Shown piece by piece: positions 1 to 17,560 of a DNA stretch of 64,000 nucleotides (the stretch's first letter is position 1; every line of letters starts with the position of its first letter). Made by a program: the position numbers and the translations under genes. This DNA is from Escherichia coli (GTDB taxonomy: Bacteria; Pseudomonadota; Gammaproteobacteria; Enterobacterales; Enterobacteriaceae), in the NCBI RefSeq assembly GCF_048403405.1, contig NZ_CP183129.1. One strand, written 5' to 3'. Under the pieces are notes generated by a model. That model saw only the letters and a list, made by a program, of their open reading frames with translations, had not been told where the DNA came from and ran no database searches.

Positions 1-157
1 GAGGTTTTTGCGATATTTAGCTTTTGTCGTTGGAAAATTCGCTATTTTTTTGACTTAAGTTAAACAACATCCCTTATTGCTGGCAGGTTATTAAACTGTT
101 GAGCGAGGGTAAAGGATAGTGTCAAATAGCCATCATACTTCAATGAGAGGCAATGAC

Positions 158-1198
158 ATGAGCGACAACATCCGTGTTGGGTTGATTGGGTATGGTTATG
201 CGAGCAAAACCTTCCATGCGCCCCTGATTGCGGGCACGCCCGGGCTGGAACTGGCGGTAATCTCCAGCAGCGATGAAACAAAAGTAAAAGCCGACTGGCC
301 AACGGTTACGGTTGTCTCTGAGCCGAAGCATCTGTTTAACGATCCCAACATAGACCTGATTGTCATTCCTACACCCAACGATACCCATTTCCCGTTAGCC
401 AAAGCGGCGCTTGAGGCGGGTAAACATGTGGTCGTTGATAAACCCTTTACCGTGACACTGTCACAAGCGCGAGAGCTGGAAGCGCTGGCAAAAAGCCTGG
501 GGCGTGTGCTGTCTGTATTCCATAACCGTCGCTGGGATAGCGATTTCCTGACGCTAAAAGGTTTGCTCGCGGAAGGCGTACTGGGTGAAGTTGCTTACTT
601 TGAGTCTCATTTTGACCGCTTCCGTCCGCAGGTGCGCGATCGTTGGCGTGAACAGGGCGGCCCTGGCAGCGGTATCTGGTACGATTTAGCACCGCATCTT
701 CTTGATCAGGCCATTACGCTATTTGGTTTACCGGTTAGCATGACGGTAGATTTGGCACAGTTACGGCCCGGAGCGCAGTCGACTGATTATTTCCACGCCA
801 TCTTGTCCTATCCGCAGCGGCGAGTCATTTTACACGGCACCATGCTGGCAGCCGCTGAGTCAGCACGTTATATCGTGCATGGATCCCGAGGCAGTTATGT
901 GAAATATGGCCTCGATCCACAGGAAGAACGTCTGAAAAATGGCGAGCGTCTGCCGCAGGAAGACTGGGGCTACGATATGCGTGATGGCGTACTTACCCGC
1001 GTGGAAGGTGAGGAACGTGTCGAAGAAACGCTGTTGACAGTACCAGGGAATTATCCGGCTTACTATGCGGCTATTCGTGATGCGTTAAATGGCGATGGTG
1101 AAAATCCGGTTCCGGCAAGTCAGGCAATCCAGGTAATGGAGTTGATTGAGCTGGGCATCGAATCCGCCAAACATCGCGCGACGCTGTGCCTTGCGTGA
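158..1198 (+). CDS. ydgJ: Gfo/Idh/MocA-family oxidoreductase YdgJ
   Basis: ORF 119..1198. The internal ATG at 158 gives 346 aa starting MSDNIRVGLIGYGYASKTF (Rossmann N-terminus). Matches recalled K-12 YdgJ. Confidence 0.92.
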   Translation: MSDNIRVGLIGYGYASKTFHAPLIAGTPGLELAVISSSDETKVKADWPTVTVVSEPKHLFNDPNIDLIVIPTPNDTHFPLAKAALEAGKHVVVDKPFTVTLSQARELEALAKSLGRVLSVFHNRRWDSDFLTLKGLLAEGVLGEVAYFESHFDRFRPQVRDRWREQGGPGSGIWYDLAPHLLDQAITLFGLPVSMTVDLAQLRPGAQSTDYFHAILSYPQRRVILHGTMLAAAESARYIVHGSRGSYVKYGLDPQEERLKNGERLPQEDWGYDMRDGVLTRVEGEERVEETLLTVPGNYPAYYAAIRDALNGDGENPVPASQAIQVMELIELGIESAKHRATLCLA

Positions 1199-1203
1199 AA
1201 AGA

Positions 1204-1233
1204 GGATGGTGCAATTAGCACCATCCATTTTTG
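1204..1233. terminator. Bidirectional rho-independent terminator between convergent ydgJ and add
   Basis: Stem ggatggtgc (1204-1212), loop aatta, stem gcaccatcc (1218-1226), followed by atttttg. An A/T run also lies on the other side. Confidence 0.8.
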
Positions 1234-2235
1234 TTACTTCGCAGCGACTTTTTCTCGCAGTGCGCGTTTTTCCTCTGCGCTGAGGAAAGCCATTTCCAGA
1301 CCATTAATCTGCGCCTGGCGGATTTGCTCGCGGGATAACCCAGCAGCCGGCGCGGCAACGGTATATTCGTGAATGATATCCACTCCCTGTACGCCGGGAT
1401 CGTCAGTGTTAATGCTGGCACGAATGCCATGCTCAAGGAACGTTTTCAGCGGATGTGCCGCCAGCTCTGCCACGGTGCTGGTCTGAATATTGGAGGTCAG
1501 ACAGGATTCAATACCAATTTGCTGCTCGGCGAGAAAATCCATCAGCGCCCGATCTTCAATGGCTTTTACGCCATGTCCAATACGTTCCGCCCCCAGTTCA
1601 CGAATCGCCTGCCAGATGCTTTCCGGCCCGGCAGCTTCGCCTGCATGGACGGTAATATGCCAGCCCGCATCACGCGCGCGGTTGAAGTGAGAAAGGAACA
1701 GACTTCCCGGGAAACCAAGTTCATCACCGGCTAAATCAAGTGCGGTAATCTGGTCACGATGGGCTAAAAAGGCCTCCAGCTCTTGCTGACAGGCAGCTTC
1801 ACCGAAGGTCCGGCTCATAATGCCGATAAGCTTCGCCTGCACACCAAAGGTACGGCAACCTTCACATACGCCATCGATCACCGCTTCGACAACACCCGCT
1901 ACAGGCAGCTGATGAGCCATTGCCATGTAGCCCGGTGAAAAACGCAGCTCGACATAGTGCAGGCCGTTACGGGATGCATCTTCAATGTTTTCAAATGCCA
2001 CGCGGCGACAGGCATCAAGAGAGGCGAGAACTTTAACGCCCCAGTCAAGTTTGGTCAGAAAGCTCACCAGATCGGGTTCGTTGGCAATGACCTGAACGTG
2101 GGGAATCAGTGTTGCCAGGGATTGTGCAGGAAGCGAGATATTATACTGGCGGCCAAGTTCAAGAATGGTCTGGGGACGAATGTTGCCATCAAGGTGGCGA
2201 TGGATATCAGTTAATGGCAGGGTGGTATCAATCAT
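1234..2235 (-). CDS. add: Adenosine deaminase
   Basis: 333-aa ORF starting [21 protein letters not shown], with the HxHLDG metal motif and the C-terminal SINTDDP motif. Matches recalled K-12 Add. Confidence 0.96.
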   Translation of the reverse strand: MIDTTLPLTDIHRHLDGNIRPQTILELGRQYNISLPAQSLATLIPHVQVIANEPDLVSFLTKLDWGVKVLASLDACRRVAFENIEDASRNGLHYVELRFSPGYMAMAHQLPVAGVVEAVIDGVCEGCRTFGVQAKLIGIMSRTFGEAACQQELEAFLAHRDQITALDLAGDELGFPGSLFLSHFNRARDAGWHITVHAGEAAGPESIWQAIRELGAERIGHGVKAIEDRALMDFLAEQQIGIESCLTSNIQTSTVAELAAHPLKTFLEHGIRASINTDDPGVQGVDIIHEYTVAAPAAGLSREQIRQAQINGLEMAFLSAEEKRALREKVAAK

Positions 2236-2338
2236 GGTCGCACTCTTTTTCTGGATATAAAAGTGCGCACCATTATAAAAACAAAGCAGGGTAAAAATCC
2301 ACGATTGCGCAACGATTTTTTACGTTGCGCAATTGGGG

Positions 2339-3511
2339 TTAGCGAACAGCGCGGATGGCGTTAATTAATCCAGCCACACCTTTTTCCAGTTTCGAACGCG
2401 GGCACCCGGCATTGAGACGGACAAAACCACGACCTTCTTCACCGTAGGTATACCCCGGCATGATCGCGACCTTCTCTTGCTCGATAAGCGCTTTTTGCAA
2501 CGCGTTGTCGTCAATATTCAACGGACGTAGATCAATCCAGGCCAGATAAGTGGATTGCGGGATCTGCCAGTTGAGTTCAGGGAACGCGGCGTTCATTTTA
2601 TCTGCGATATACGTCAGGTTATCTTTCAGATAGACGCGTAAGGCATCCAGCCACGGCGCGCCTTGCTGATAGGCGGCGATATGGGCAGTTAACGCCAGTA
2701 CTGAAGGGGAAGAAAGGCCATCACGTCCTTTCAGTGCCGATAAATAGGCATCACGGCTGCTGCTATTTTCTATAATCCCGTAAGCACCGGTCAGGGCGGG
2801 AATATTGAAACTTTTCGATCCCGACGTTAGCAATGCCCAGTCTCCGCGCGCCACATTACTCCAGGGAATATGCGGCTGCTCGCCCCAAACCATATCCATA
2901 TGGATTTCATCGGAAATAACCCGCACACCATGACGCTCGCACAGGTCAGCCATGATCTCCAGCTCATCGCACGTCCACACTTTCCCGGTAGGATTCTGTG
3001 GGCTACACAGGAGCATAATTTTACATTCTGGTTTCGCCAACACGGCTTCCAGCTTGCCCATATCGCAAAACCAGCCGTCAGCCTGCTTCTCTAAAGCAAC
3101 GGGCATTACTGTGCGCTGGTTACCTTCAATGGCCTTGTAAAATGCGTCATAGGCGGGTGTGTGGATCACCACGCCTTCACCTGTTTCAGACCACTGACGA
3201 ATCAGTTCTGAAACCATATAGATAACAGAAGGGCCATACACCACCGATTGCGTATCAATTGCGGTGTAATGCTGGGTGGAAAACCAGTGGGCAATAGCCG
3301 CGAGAAACTCATCGTTTTTCCAGCGGCTGTAGCCAAACACGCCGTGCATCAGGCGCTGATTCAGCGCCTCGATAATGCAGGGGGCAGTGGCAAAATCCAT
3401 GTCTGAAATCGTGAACGGTAACAGGTCAGCAGTGCCGAAACGGTCAGCGACATAATCCCACTGCGTACACCATGTGCCATGACGATCCACGACCTTTGAA
3501 AAATCGAACAT
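2339..3511 (-). CDS. malY: PLP-dependent cystathionine beta-lyase / MalT-modulating protein MalY
   Basis: 390-aa ORF starting MFDFSKVVDRHGTWCTQWDY, an aminotransferase class I/II fold. Sits downstream of malX as in K-12. Confidence 0.95.
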   Translation of the reverse strand: MFDFSKVVDRHGTWCTQWDYVADRFGTADLLPFTISDMDFATAPCIIEALNQRLMHGVFGYSRWKNDEFLAAIAHWFSTQHYTAIDTQSVVYGPSVIYMVSELIRQWSETGEGVVIHTPAYDAFYKAIEGNQRTVMPVALEKQADGWFCDMGKLEAVLAKPECKIMLLCSPQNPTGKVWTCDELEIMADLCERHGVRVISDEIHMDMVWGEQPHIPWSNVARGDWALLTSGSKSFNIPALTGAYGIIENSSSRDAYLSALKGRDGLSSPSVLALTAHIAAYQQGAPWLDALRVYLKDNLTYIADKMNAAFPELNWQIPQSTYLAWIDLRPLNIDDNALQKALIEQEKVAIMPGYTYGEEGRGFVRLNAGCPRSKLEKGVAGLINAIRAVR

Positions 3512-3520
3512 ATCTTATCC

Positions 3521-6316
<2,796 letters not shown>

Positions 6317-6427
6317 CCCTCTCTTTATCTGCTATACCTGGTAGTGTCCTTTCCTCAAGGTTAATGATAAAAAATGTGGCACACAGGCGGTGCCTTTTAT
6401 TTTTACTGAAGTTCACAGGAGGTTTAT

Positions 6428-7195
6428 GTGTTTAATTCTGACAACCTGAGACTCGACGGAAAATGTGCCATCATCACAGGTGCCGGTGCAGGTATTGGTA
6501 AAGAAATTGCCATTACATTCGCGACAGCTGGCGCATCTGTGGTGGTCAGTGATATTAACGCCGATGCAGCTAATCATGTTGTAGATGAAATTCAACAACT
6601 GGGTGGTCAGGCATTTGCCTGGCGCTGCGATATTACTTCCGAACAGGAACTCTCTGCACTGGCAGACTTTGCCGTCAGTAAGCTGGGTAAAGTTGATATC
6701 CTGGTTAACAACGCCGGTGGCGGTGGGCCTAAACCGTTTGATATGCCAATGGCAGATTTTCGCCGCGCTTATGAACTGAATGTATTTTCTTTTTTCCATC
6801 TGTCACAACTTGTTGCGCCAGAAATGGAAAAAAATGGCGGTGGCGTTATTCTGACCATTACTTCTATGGCGGCAGAAAATAAAAATATAAACATGACCTC
6901 CTATGCATCATCTAAAGCTGCGGCCAGTCATCTGGTCAGAAACATGGCGTTTGACCTGGGTGAAAAAAATATTCGGGTGAATGGCATTGCGCCGGGGGCA
7001 ATATTAACCGATGCCCTGAAATCCGTTATTACACCTGAAATTGAACAAAAAATGTTACAGCACACACCGATTAGACGTCTGGGCCAACCGCAAGATATTG
7101 CTAACGCGGCGCTGTTCCTTTGCTCGCCTGCAGCCAGCTGGGTAAGCGGACAAATTCTCACCGTCTCCGGTGGTGGGGTACAGGAGCTCAATTAA
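6428..7195 (+). CDS. hdhA: 7-alpha-hydroxysteroid dehydrogenase (SDR family)
   Basis: 255 aa with a GTG start. TGAGAGIG cofactor motif, NNAG, and the YxxxK catalytic motif (YASSKAA). Confidence 0.94.
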   Translation: MFNSDNLRLDGKCAIITGAGAGIGKEIAITFATAGASVVVSDINADAANHVVDEIQQLGGQAFAWRCDITSEQELSALADFAVSKLGKVDILVNNAGGGGPKPFDMPMADFRRAYELNVFSFFHLSQLVAPEMEKNGGGVILTITSMAAENKNINMTSYASSKAAASHLVRNMAFDLGEKNIRVNGIAPGAILTDALKSVITPEIEQKMLQHTPIRRLGQPQDIANAALFLCSPAASWVSGQILTVSGGGVQELN

Positions 7196-7207
7196 TACAC
7201 TAACGGA

Positions 7208-7238
7208 CCGGTAAACAACCGTGCGTGTTGTTTACCGG
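7208..7238 (+). terminator. Perfect 12-bp stem hairpin downstream of hdhA (possible terminator, no T-tract)
   Basis: ccggtaaacaac (7208-7219) pairs with gttgtttaccgg (7227-7238). No U-run follows. Confidence 0.45.
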
Positions 7239-7415
7239 GATAAACTCATCAACGTCTCAGCTAAATAACTGGCAGCCAAATCACGGCTATTGGTTAACCA
7301 ATTTCCGAGTGAAAAGTATACGAATAGAGTGTGCCTTCGCACTATTCAACAGCAATGATAGGCGCTCACCTGACAACGCGGTAAACTAGTTATTCACGCT
7401 AACTATAATGGTTTA

Positions 7416-8006
7416 ATGATGGATAACATGCAGACTGAAGCACAACCGACACGGACCTGGATCCTCAATGCTGCCAGAGAGATTTTTTCAGAAAATGGAT
7501 TTCACAGTGCCTCGATGAAAGCCATCTGTAAATCTTGCGCCATTAGTCCCGGGACGCTCTATCACCATTTCATCTCCAAAGAAGCCCTGATTCAGGCGAT
7601 TATCTTACAGGACCAGGAGAGGGCGCTGGCCCGTTTCCGGGAACCGATTGAAGGGATTCATTTCGTTGACTATATGGTCAAGTCTATTGTCTCTCTCACC
7701 CATGAAGCCTTTGGACAACGGGCGCTGGTGGTCGAAATTATGGCGGAAGGGATGCGTAACCCACAGGTCGCCGCCATGCTTAAAAATAAGCATATGACGA
7801 TCACGGAATTTGTTGCCCAGCGGATGCGTGATGCCCAGCAAAAAGGCGAGATAAGCCCAGACATCAACACGGCAATGACTTCACGTTTACTGCTGGATCT
7901 GACCTACGGTGTACTGGCCGATATCGAAGCGGAAGATCTGGCGCGTGAAGCGTCGTTTGCTCAGGGATTACGCGCGATGATTGGCGGTATCTTAACCGCA
8001 TCCTGA
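7416..8006 (+). CDS. uidR: TetR-family repressor of the uid operon
   Basis: 196-aa ORF with a TetR N-terminal HTH (ILNAAREIFSENGFHSASMKAICKSCAISPGTLYHHF). Lies upstream of uidA. Confidence 0.94.
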   Translation: MMDNMQTEAQPTRTWILNAAREIFSENGFHSASMKAICKSCAISPGTLYHHFISKEALIQAIILQDQERALARFREPIEGIHFVDYMVKSIVSLTHEAFGQRALVVEIMAEGMRNPQVAAMLKNKHMTITEFVAQRMRDAQQKGEISPDINTAMTSRLLLDLTYGVLADIEAEDLAREASFAQGLRAMIGGILTAS

Positions 8007-8345
8007 TCCTCTCTCTCTTTCCGCGGGCTGGTGACAACTGAGCCCGCGTTTCATATCGTAATTTCTCTGTGCAAAAATTATCCTTCCCGGGTTCGGAGAA
8101 TTCCCCCCAAAATATTCACTGTAGCCATATGTCATGAGAGTTTATCGTTCCCAATATGCTCGAACGAACGTTCGATTGCTTATTTTGTGTCTTATGTCAA
8201 CGCTGTTTTAAAGATTAATGCGATCTATATCACGCTGTGGGTATTGCAGTTTTTGGTTTTTTGATCCCGGTGTCAGTTCTTTTTATTTCCATTTCTCTTC
8301 CATGGGTTTCTCACAGATAACTGTGTGCAACACAGAATTGGTTAA

Positions 8346-11578
<3,233 letters not shown>

Positions 11579-11616
11579 TATTCAATAAAAATAATCAGAA
11601 CATCAAAGGTGCAACT

Positions 11617-12882
11617 ATGAGAAAAATAGTGGCCATGGCCGTTATTTGCCTGACGGCTGCCTCTGGCCTTACCTCTGCTTACGCGGCGCAACTGGCTGAC
11701 GATGAAGCGGGACTACGCATCAGACTGAAAAACGAATTGCGCAGGGCTGATAAGCCCAGTGCTGGCGCGGGAAGAGATATTTACGCATGGGTACAGGGAG
11801 GATTGCTCGATTTCAATAGTGGTTATTATTCCAATATTATTGGCGTTGAAGGCGGAGCGTATTATGTTTATAAATTAGGTGCTCGTGCTGATATGAGTAC
11901 CCGGTGGTATCTTGATGGTGATAAAAGTTTTGGCTTTGCCCTGGGGGCAGTAAAAATAAAACCCAGTGAAAATAGTCTGCTTAAATTAGGTCGCTTCGGG
12001 ACGGATTATAGTTATGGTAGCTTACCTTATCGTATTCCGTTAATGGCTGGCAGTTCGCAACGTACATTACCGACAGTTTCTGAAGGAGCATTAGGTTATT
12101 GGGCTTTAACGCCAAATATTGATCTGTGGGGAATGTGGCGTTCACGAGTATTTTTATGGACCGATTCAACAACCGGTATTCGTGATGAAGGGGTGTATAA
12201 CAGCCAGACGGGAAAATACGATAAACACCGCGCACGTTCTTTTTTAGCCGCCAGTTGGCATGATGATACCAGTCGCTATTCTCTGGGGGCATCGGTACAG
12301 AAAGATGTATCCAATCAGATACAAAGTATTCTCGAGAAAAGCATACCGCTTGACCCGAATTATACGTTGAAAGGGGAGTTGCTCGGCTTTTACGCGCAAC
12401 TCGAAGGTTTAAGTCGTAATACCAGCCAGCCCAATGAAACGGCGTTGGTTAGTGGACAATTGACCTGGAATGCGCCGTGGGGAAGCGTATTTGGCAGTGG
12501 TGGTTATTTGCGCCATGCAATGAATGGTGCCGTGGTGGATACCGACATTGGCTATCCCTTTTCATTAAGTCTTGATCGTAACCGTGAAGGAATGCAGTCC
12601 TGGCAATTGGGTGTCAACTATCGTTTAACGCCGCAATTTACGCTGACATTTGCACCGATTGTGACTCGCGGCTATGAATCCAGTAAACGAGATGTGCGGA
12701 TTGAAGGCGCGGGTATCTTAGGTGGTATGAACTATCGGGTCAGCGAAGGGCCGTTACAAGGGATGAATTTCTTTCTTGCTGCCGATAAAGGACGGGAAAA
12801 ACGCGATGGCAGTGCGCTGGGCGATCGCCTGAATTACTGGGATGTGAAAATGAGTATTCAGTATGACTTTATGCTGAAGTAA
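11617..12882 (+). CDS. uidC: Outer-membrane porin facilitating glucuronide uptake
   Basis: 421 aa. Signal peptide is MRKIVAMAVICLTAASGLTSAYA, with a beta-barrel-like C-terminal aromatic end (YDFMLK). Confidence 0.92.
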   Translation: MRKIVAMAVICLTAASGLTSAYAAQLADDEAGLRIRLKNELRRADKPSAGAGRDIYAWVQGGLLDFNSGYYSNIIGVEGGAYYVYKLGARADMSTRWYLDGDKSFGFALGAVKIKPSENSLLKLGRFGTDYSYGSLPYRIPLMAGSSQRTLPTVSEGALGYWALTPNIDLWGMWRSRVFLWTDSTTGIRDEGVYNSQTGKYDKHRARSFLAASWHDDTSRYSLGASVQKDVSNQIQSILEKSIPLDPNYTLKGELLGFYAQLEGLSRNTSQPNETALVSGQLTWNAPWGSVFGSGGYLRHAMNGAVVDTDIGYPFSLSLDRNREGMQSWQLGVNYRLTPQFTLTFAPIVTRGYESSKRDVRIEGAGILGGMNYRVSEGPLQGMNFFLAADKGREKRDGSALGDRLNYWDVKMSIQYDFMLK

Positions 12883-12887
12883 CAAAT

Positions 12888-12919
12888 AACGCCGGAGAGA
12901 AAAATCTCCGGCGTTTTGG
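12888..12919 (+). terminator. Rho-independent terminator of the uid operon
   Basis: Stem aacgccggaga, loop gaaaaa, stem tctccggcgtt, followed by ttgg. Confidence 0.8.
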
Positions 12920-12926
12920 CTGTGAA

Positions 12927-14435
12927 TTACTGCTGCGGAATAGCGGGTACAGCCGGAACGTTTAATGCCGGCATTGCAAACATCCCAACAAAATCTTCCA
13001 GTGGCATTTTCTGCCCGTTTAACGTGATCTGACCGTTAGCATATTGCAGGCTGGTGGTGATGGTATTGTCCTGCAAGGTGGTCAGGCGGAACATCTGCCC
13101 CATTGCTGACGCACCTTCAACTTGCTGTTTCGCCAGTTTTTTTGCTTGATCTTCCTGATAACCTTCCAGCTTCGCTACCTGAGTCATAAACTCAGTTGCC
13201 ATATCCACCGGAATGGTCAGTTTCGCATCCAGAGATTTAACCGAGCGGTCTACTTCCTGCGCCAGCGTTTGCGGCGCTTCTTTAGTCGTTGCCGGATCTT
13301 TCAGGAACAGCGACAGATTCAGCGCACTTTCACCCTGACTGTTTTTCCAGCTTAGCGGCGCGATAGTAATCACCGGATCGCCTTTCAACATCAGCGGCAG
13401 GGCGCTAAAGAAGGCTTCCGTCACTTTCTCCTGATAAAGTTCGGGATTGTTGGCAATTTCTGGCTGTGCCAGCAGCGCCTGAGTTTGCGCGTTATATTGC
13501 TGGCTAAACTGATGCCAGGCTTCACCATCAATCTGGCCGACTTTTAAAGTCAGCTTGCCGCTGCCCAGATCCTGATTCTGTACCTTCAGGCTGTTTAGCG
13601 AGTAATCCAGTTGGCTATTGATCGTTTTACCGTCATTGACCAGATCCGATTTACCGCTGATCTCCATGCCTTCCAGCAGTGCCAGTTCTTTGCCTTCCAC
13701 TGAAATGGTCATTTTTTCCAGCGACAGTTTTTGATTTCCTACGCGCTCACCAAAACTTGCCAGCGTGCTGGAACCGTCGGTTTTCAGATTATTAAAGGTC
13801 AACTGTACTTTCTGGTTGTATTCGTTAACCGCGTCTATCCGACCACTTTGCGCCTCCCCGGAAAGGGAGATAGCTTTGCCGTCTCTGTCTGCATTTAACT
13901 GGAACTCGCCGCCGCTAAAGGCGACTTTTTCATCCTTTTGCTCGTAATTCAGTGGCTTGAGCGAAATATCGGAACTGGAATCACCTCTGTAACCAATGCG
14001 GGAGTTAATCTCAAAAGGCGTTTCACCTTTTGCCATATCAAACAGTGGCTTGCTAACTTCGTTATTAACCAGCGTGGTTTGAATTGATGCCATCGACGGG
14101 ATCAGGTTCAGTTTTTTTAGCTGGGCAAGGGGGAAGGGACCATGATCAACTGATTCGTTGAAGATGACGCTCTGACCGCTTTTAATCCACGGATTTTCTT
14201 TCCCGGCAATGGGTTTCACCAATAGTTGCAGCTGACTGCTGAATACGCCGCGATGATAGTTTTGATAACTCACTTCCAGGTTGGATTCAGGAGCGGTCAG
14301 TTTGAGTTGCGCGTTCGCCTGCGCGACCATGTCTTCGAGATGGGTTTCAATCTTCTTGCCTGTATACCATGCGCCGCCTGTCCAGACTACGCCTAGCGCA
14401 ACAATGACGCCTACCGCTACCAGCGATTTATTCAT
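12927..14435 (-). CDS. ydgA: DUF945-family membrane-anchored protein YdgA
   Basis: 502-aa ORF with an N-terminal anchor MNKSLVAVGVIVALGVVWTGGAWY. Position matches K-12. Confidence 0.9.
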   Translation of the reverse strand: MNKSLVAVGVIVALGVVWTGGAWYTGKKIETHLEDMVAQANAQLKLTAPESNLEVSYQNYHRGVFSSQLQLLVKPIAGKENPWIKSGQSVIFNESVDHGPFPLAQLKKLNLIPSMASIQTTLVNNEVSKPLFDMAKGETPFEINSRIGYRGDSSSDISLKPLNYEQKDEKVAFSGGEFQLNADRDGKAISLSGEAQSGRIDAVNEYNQKVQLTFNNLKTDGSSTLASFGERVGNQKLSLEKMTISVEGKELALLEGMEISGKSDLVNDGKTINSQLDYSLNSLKVQNQDLGSGKLTLKVGQIDGEAWHQFSQQYNAQTQALLAQPEIANNPELYQEKVTEAFFSALPLMLKGDPVITIAPLSWKNSQGESALNLSLFLKDPATTKEAPQTLAQEVDRSVKSLDAKLTIPVDMATEFMTQVAKLEGYQEDQAKKLAKQQVEGASAMGQMFRLTTLQDNTITTSLQYANGQITLNGQKMPLEDFVGMFAMPALNVPAVPAIPQQ

Positions 14436-14448
14436 AATGATTATCCAT

Positions 14449-14478
14449 AAAATGAAATCAGGCGGACTGGCCGCCTGA
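14449..14478 (-). terminator. Rho-independent terminator downstream of manA
   Basis: On the minus strand: stem tcaggcgg, loop, stem ccgcctga, followed by tttcatttt. Confidence 0.7.
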
Positions 14479-14535
14479 AGGTGTTATAAGCCTTTAATAA
14501 GCTTAGCAAGAGATGTTAATTTTTTCAGTAAGCTC

Positions 14536-15711
14536 TTACAGCTTGTTGTAAACACGCGCTAAACGGCCGTGGCCTTTGACAGTCACCGGTGATTCGTTGG
14601 CGGCAATAAACGCTGATTCACCCGGTTTAAGCTGTAACTGCTGAGAACCTTTCCACAGCGTTGCATCGCCTTCGACGCAGAACAAAATGGCGGCACTCTG
14701 CTGGCTGATGGTGGTTTCTTTATCACTAAGGTCATGCAGCGAGAAGGCAAAATCATCCACAGGAATCGGGAAGTCCAGTTCTGCACCTTGTTTCACCGGC
14801 TGGGTCAACAACTGGTTAGCCGGTTTGGCTTCGAACTTCACATTGGCAACCAGTTCCGGAATATCAATGTATTTAGGCGTCAGACCCGCACGCAGCACGT
14901 TATCGGAGTTCGCCATCACTTCCAGCGCCACGCCTTGCAGGTAAGCGTGCGGTGTTTCAGCGAACAGGAACATCGCTTCGCCAGGATTCAATTTCACCAC
15001 ATTCAGCAACAGCGGGGAGAACAGACCGCTGTCATCCGGGTAAAATTCAGAAATTAAACGAATTGTTTGCCACGGTTCACCCTGCTGGCTGTCAAGGGCC
15101 GATTTTAAAATCGCCAGCGCGCGGGATTTTTCTTCACCCTGCATATTCAACAGGCTGGCGAACAGTTCGCTTAAACGTTCGGCATCAGGCTGTTGTAAAA
15201 AGTGAGCAATCGCCGGATGTGCACCTGCGACCGGCTGGAGCAGGGAGACAATCTCGGAAAACTCACGAAACGCGTTCATCGCAAGGAAAGGCGTCAGCGC
15301 AAAAACCAGCTCCGGCTTGTGGTTAGGATCTTTATAGTTACGCTCGGCGGCATCCAACGGAATACCTGCGGCATTTTCTTTGGCAAAACCGATTTCAGAA
15401 TTGCGTTTGTTTGGATGAACCTGAATGGAGAGCGGCTGTGCTGCGCATAATACTTTGAACAGGAAAGGCAGTTCGCCAAAGCGTTTGGCAACGGCCTCTC
15501 CGAGCAGAGTCGATTTATCACTCTCAATCACATCACGCAGTGAAACGATATCTCCGGCGGCATTCTGCACTCGTGAACTGCTTTTCGGATGTGCGCCCAT
15601 CCACAGCTCGGCCATCGGCTGGCTGGACGGATTTTCCATACCATAAAGTTCAGTCAACGCCGTTTTGCTGCCCCAGGCATAGTTTTGCACTGAGTTAATG
15701 AGTTTTTGCAT
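14536..15711 (-). CDS. manA: Mannose-6-phosphate isomerase
   Basis: The ORF track extends to 15789. The ATG at 15711 gives 391 aa starting MQKLINSVQNYAWGSKTALTELYG. Zinc ligand context is QVHPNK. Confidence 0.95.
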   Translation of the reverse strand: MQKLINSVQNYAWGSKTALTELYGMENPSSQPMAELWMGAHPKSSSRVQNAAGDIVSLRDVIESDKSTLLGEAVAKRFGELPFLFKVLCAAQPLSIQVHPNKRNSEIGFAKENAAGIPLDAAERNYKDPNHKPELVFALTPFLAMNAFREFSEIVSLLQPVAGAHPAIAHFLQQPDAERLSELFASLLNMQGEEKSRALAILKSALDSQQGEPWQTIRLISEFYPDDSGLFSPLLLNVVKLNPGEAMFLFAETPHAYLQGVALEVMANSDNVLRAGLTPKYIDIPELVANVKFEAKPANQLLTQPVKQGAELDFPIPVDDFAFSLHDLSDKETTISQQSAAILFCVEGDATLWKGSQQLQLKPGESAFIAANESPVTVKGHGRLARVYNKL

Positions 15712-15909
15712 GATCAATCCCTGTTTTAATGTGGAAATTAATCCCGCTATTAAAGCAAGAATCCTACGGGAAGTAACCTGGAGCCGCAAAAAGTCGTACT
15801 AGTCTCAGTTTTTGTTAAAAAAGTGTGTAGGATATTGTTACTCGCTTTTAACAGGGCAACGGAACACCCGCCCAGAGCATAACCAAACCAGGCAGTAAGT
15901 GAGAGAACA

Positions 15910-17556
15910 ATGTCAAACAAACCCTTTCATTATCAGGCTCCTTTTCCACTCAAAAAAGATGATACTGAGTATTACCTGCTAACCAGCGAACACGTTAGCG
16001 TATCTGAATTTGAAGGGCAGGAGATTTTGAAAGTCGCACCCGAAGCGTTAACTTTGTTGGCGCGTCAGGCGTTTCATGATGCGTCATTTATGCTGCGTCC
16101 GGCTCACCAACAACAGGTGGCCGACATTCTGCGTGACCCGGAAGCCAGCGAAAATGATAAATATGTGGCGCTGCAATTCCTGCGCAACTCCGACATCGCC
16201 GCAAAAGGCGTTCTGCCAACCTGTCAGGATACCGGCACCGCGATTATTGTTGGTAAAAAAGGGCAGCGTGTATGGACCGGTGGCGGTGATGAAGCGGCGC
16301 TGGCACGCGGTGTCTATAACACTTATATCGAAGATAATCTGCGCTACTCGCAAAACGCGCCGCTGGATATGTATAAAGAGGTGAATACCGGCACCAATCT
16401 ACCAGCGCAGATCGATCTTTATGCCGTTGATGGCGACGAGTACAAATTCCTCTGTATCGCCAAAGGTGGCGGTTCGGCAAACAAGACGTATCTCTATCAG
16501 GAAACCAAAGCGTTACTGACGCCGGGGAAACTGAAAAATTACCTGGTTGAGAAGATGCGCACGCTGGGTACGGCGGCCTGTCCTCCGTATCATATTGCGT
16601 TCGTTATTGGTGGAACTTCTGCAGAAACGAACCTTAAAACGGTGAAACTGGCTTCCGCTAAATACTATGATGAACTGCCAACGGAAGGGAATGAGCACGG
16701 ACAGGCGTTCCGCGATGTGGAACTGGAAAAAGAATTGCTGATCGAAGCGCAAAATCTTGGTCTGGGTGCGCAGTTTGGCGGTAAATACTTCGCTCACGAC
16801 ATCCGCGTGATTCGCCTGCCACGTCACGGCGCATCCTGCCCGGTCGGTATGGGCGTCTCCTGTTCTGCTGACCGTAATATCAAAGCAAAGATCAACCGTC
16901 AGGGGATTTGGATCGAAAAACTGGAACATAATCCAGGCAAATATATCCCGGAAGAGCTGCGCAAAGCGGGAGAAGGCGAAGCGGTGCGCGTTGACCTTAA
17001 CCGTCCGATGAAAGAGATCCTCGCACAGTTGTCGCAGTATCCCGTTTCTACACGCTTATCGCTGAATGGCACGATTATCGTTGGTCGTGATATTGCTCAC
17101 GCCAAACTGAAAGAGCGGATGGATAACGGCGAAGGGCTGCCGCAGTATATTAAAGATCATCCGATTTACTACGCGGGTCCGGCCAAAACGCCGGAAGGTT
17201 ATGCCTCCGGTTCTCTTGGCCCAACGACCGCCGGACGGATGGATTCTTATGTCGATCAACTGCAAGCGCAGGGCGGAAGTATGATCATGCTGGCGAAAGG
17301 CAACCGCAGCCAGCAGGTGACGGATGCCTGTAAAAAACACGGCGGTTTCTACCTCGGTAGTATCGGTGGTCCGGCAGCTGTATTGGCGCAGGGAAGTATT
17401 AAGAGCCTGGAATGTGTTGAATATCCGGAACTGGGAATGGAAGCCATCTGGAAAATTGAAGTGGAAGATTTCCCGGCATTTATCCTTGTGGATGATAAAG
17501 GAAATGACTTCTTCCAGCAGATACAACTCACACAGTGCACCCGCTGTGTGAAATAA
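15910..17556 (+). CDS. fumA: Class I (Fe-S) fumarate hydratase
   Basis: 548 aa starting [22 protein letters not shown]. Matches recalled FumA. Confidence 0.96.
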   Translation: MSNKPFHYQAPFPLKKDDTEYYLLTSEHVSVSEFEGQEILKVAPEALTLLARQAFHDASFMLRPAHQQQVADILRDPEASENDKYVALQFLRNSDIAAKGVLPTCQDTGTAIIVGKKGQRVWTGGGDEAALARGVYNTYIEDNLRYSQNAPLDMYKEVNTGTNLPAQIDLYAVDGDEYKFLCIAKGGGSANKTYLYQETKALLTPGKLKNYLVEKMRTLGTAACPPYHIAFVIGGTSAETNLKTVKLASAKYYDELPTEGNEHGQAFRDVELEKELLIEAQNLGLGAQFGGKYFAHDIRVIRLPRHGASCPVGMGVSCSADRNIKAKINRQGIWIEKLEHNPGKYIPEELRKAGEGEAVRVDLNRPMKEILAQLSQYPVSTRLSLNGTIIVGRDIAHAKLKERMDNGEGLPQYIKDHPIYYAGPAKTPEGYASGSLGPTTAGRMDSYVDQLQAQGGSMIMLAKGNRSQQVTDACKKHGGFYLGSIGGPAAVLAQGSIKSLECVEYPELGMEAIWKIEVEDFPAFILVDDKGNDFFQQIQLTQCTRCVK

Positions 17557-17560
17557 ACAG

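Noticed and set aside
8031-8264. 77-aa ORF in the uidR-uidA intergenic region.
   Set aside because: It lies in the AT-rich uidA promoter/operator region, has an odd composition and has no Shine-Dalgarno. It is most likely non-coding regulatory DNA.
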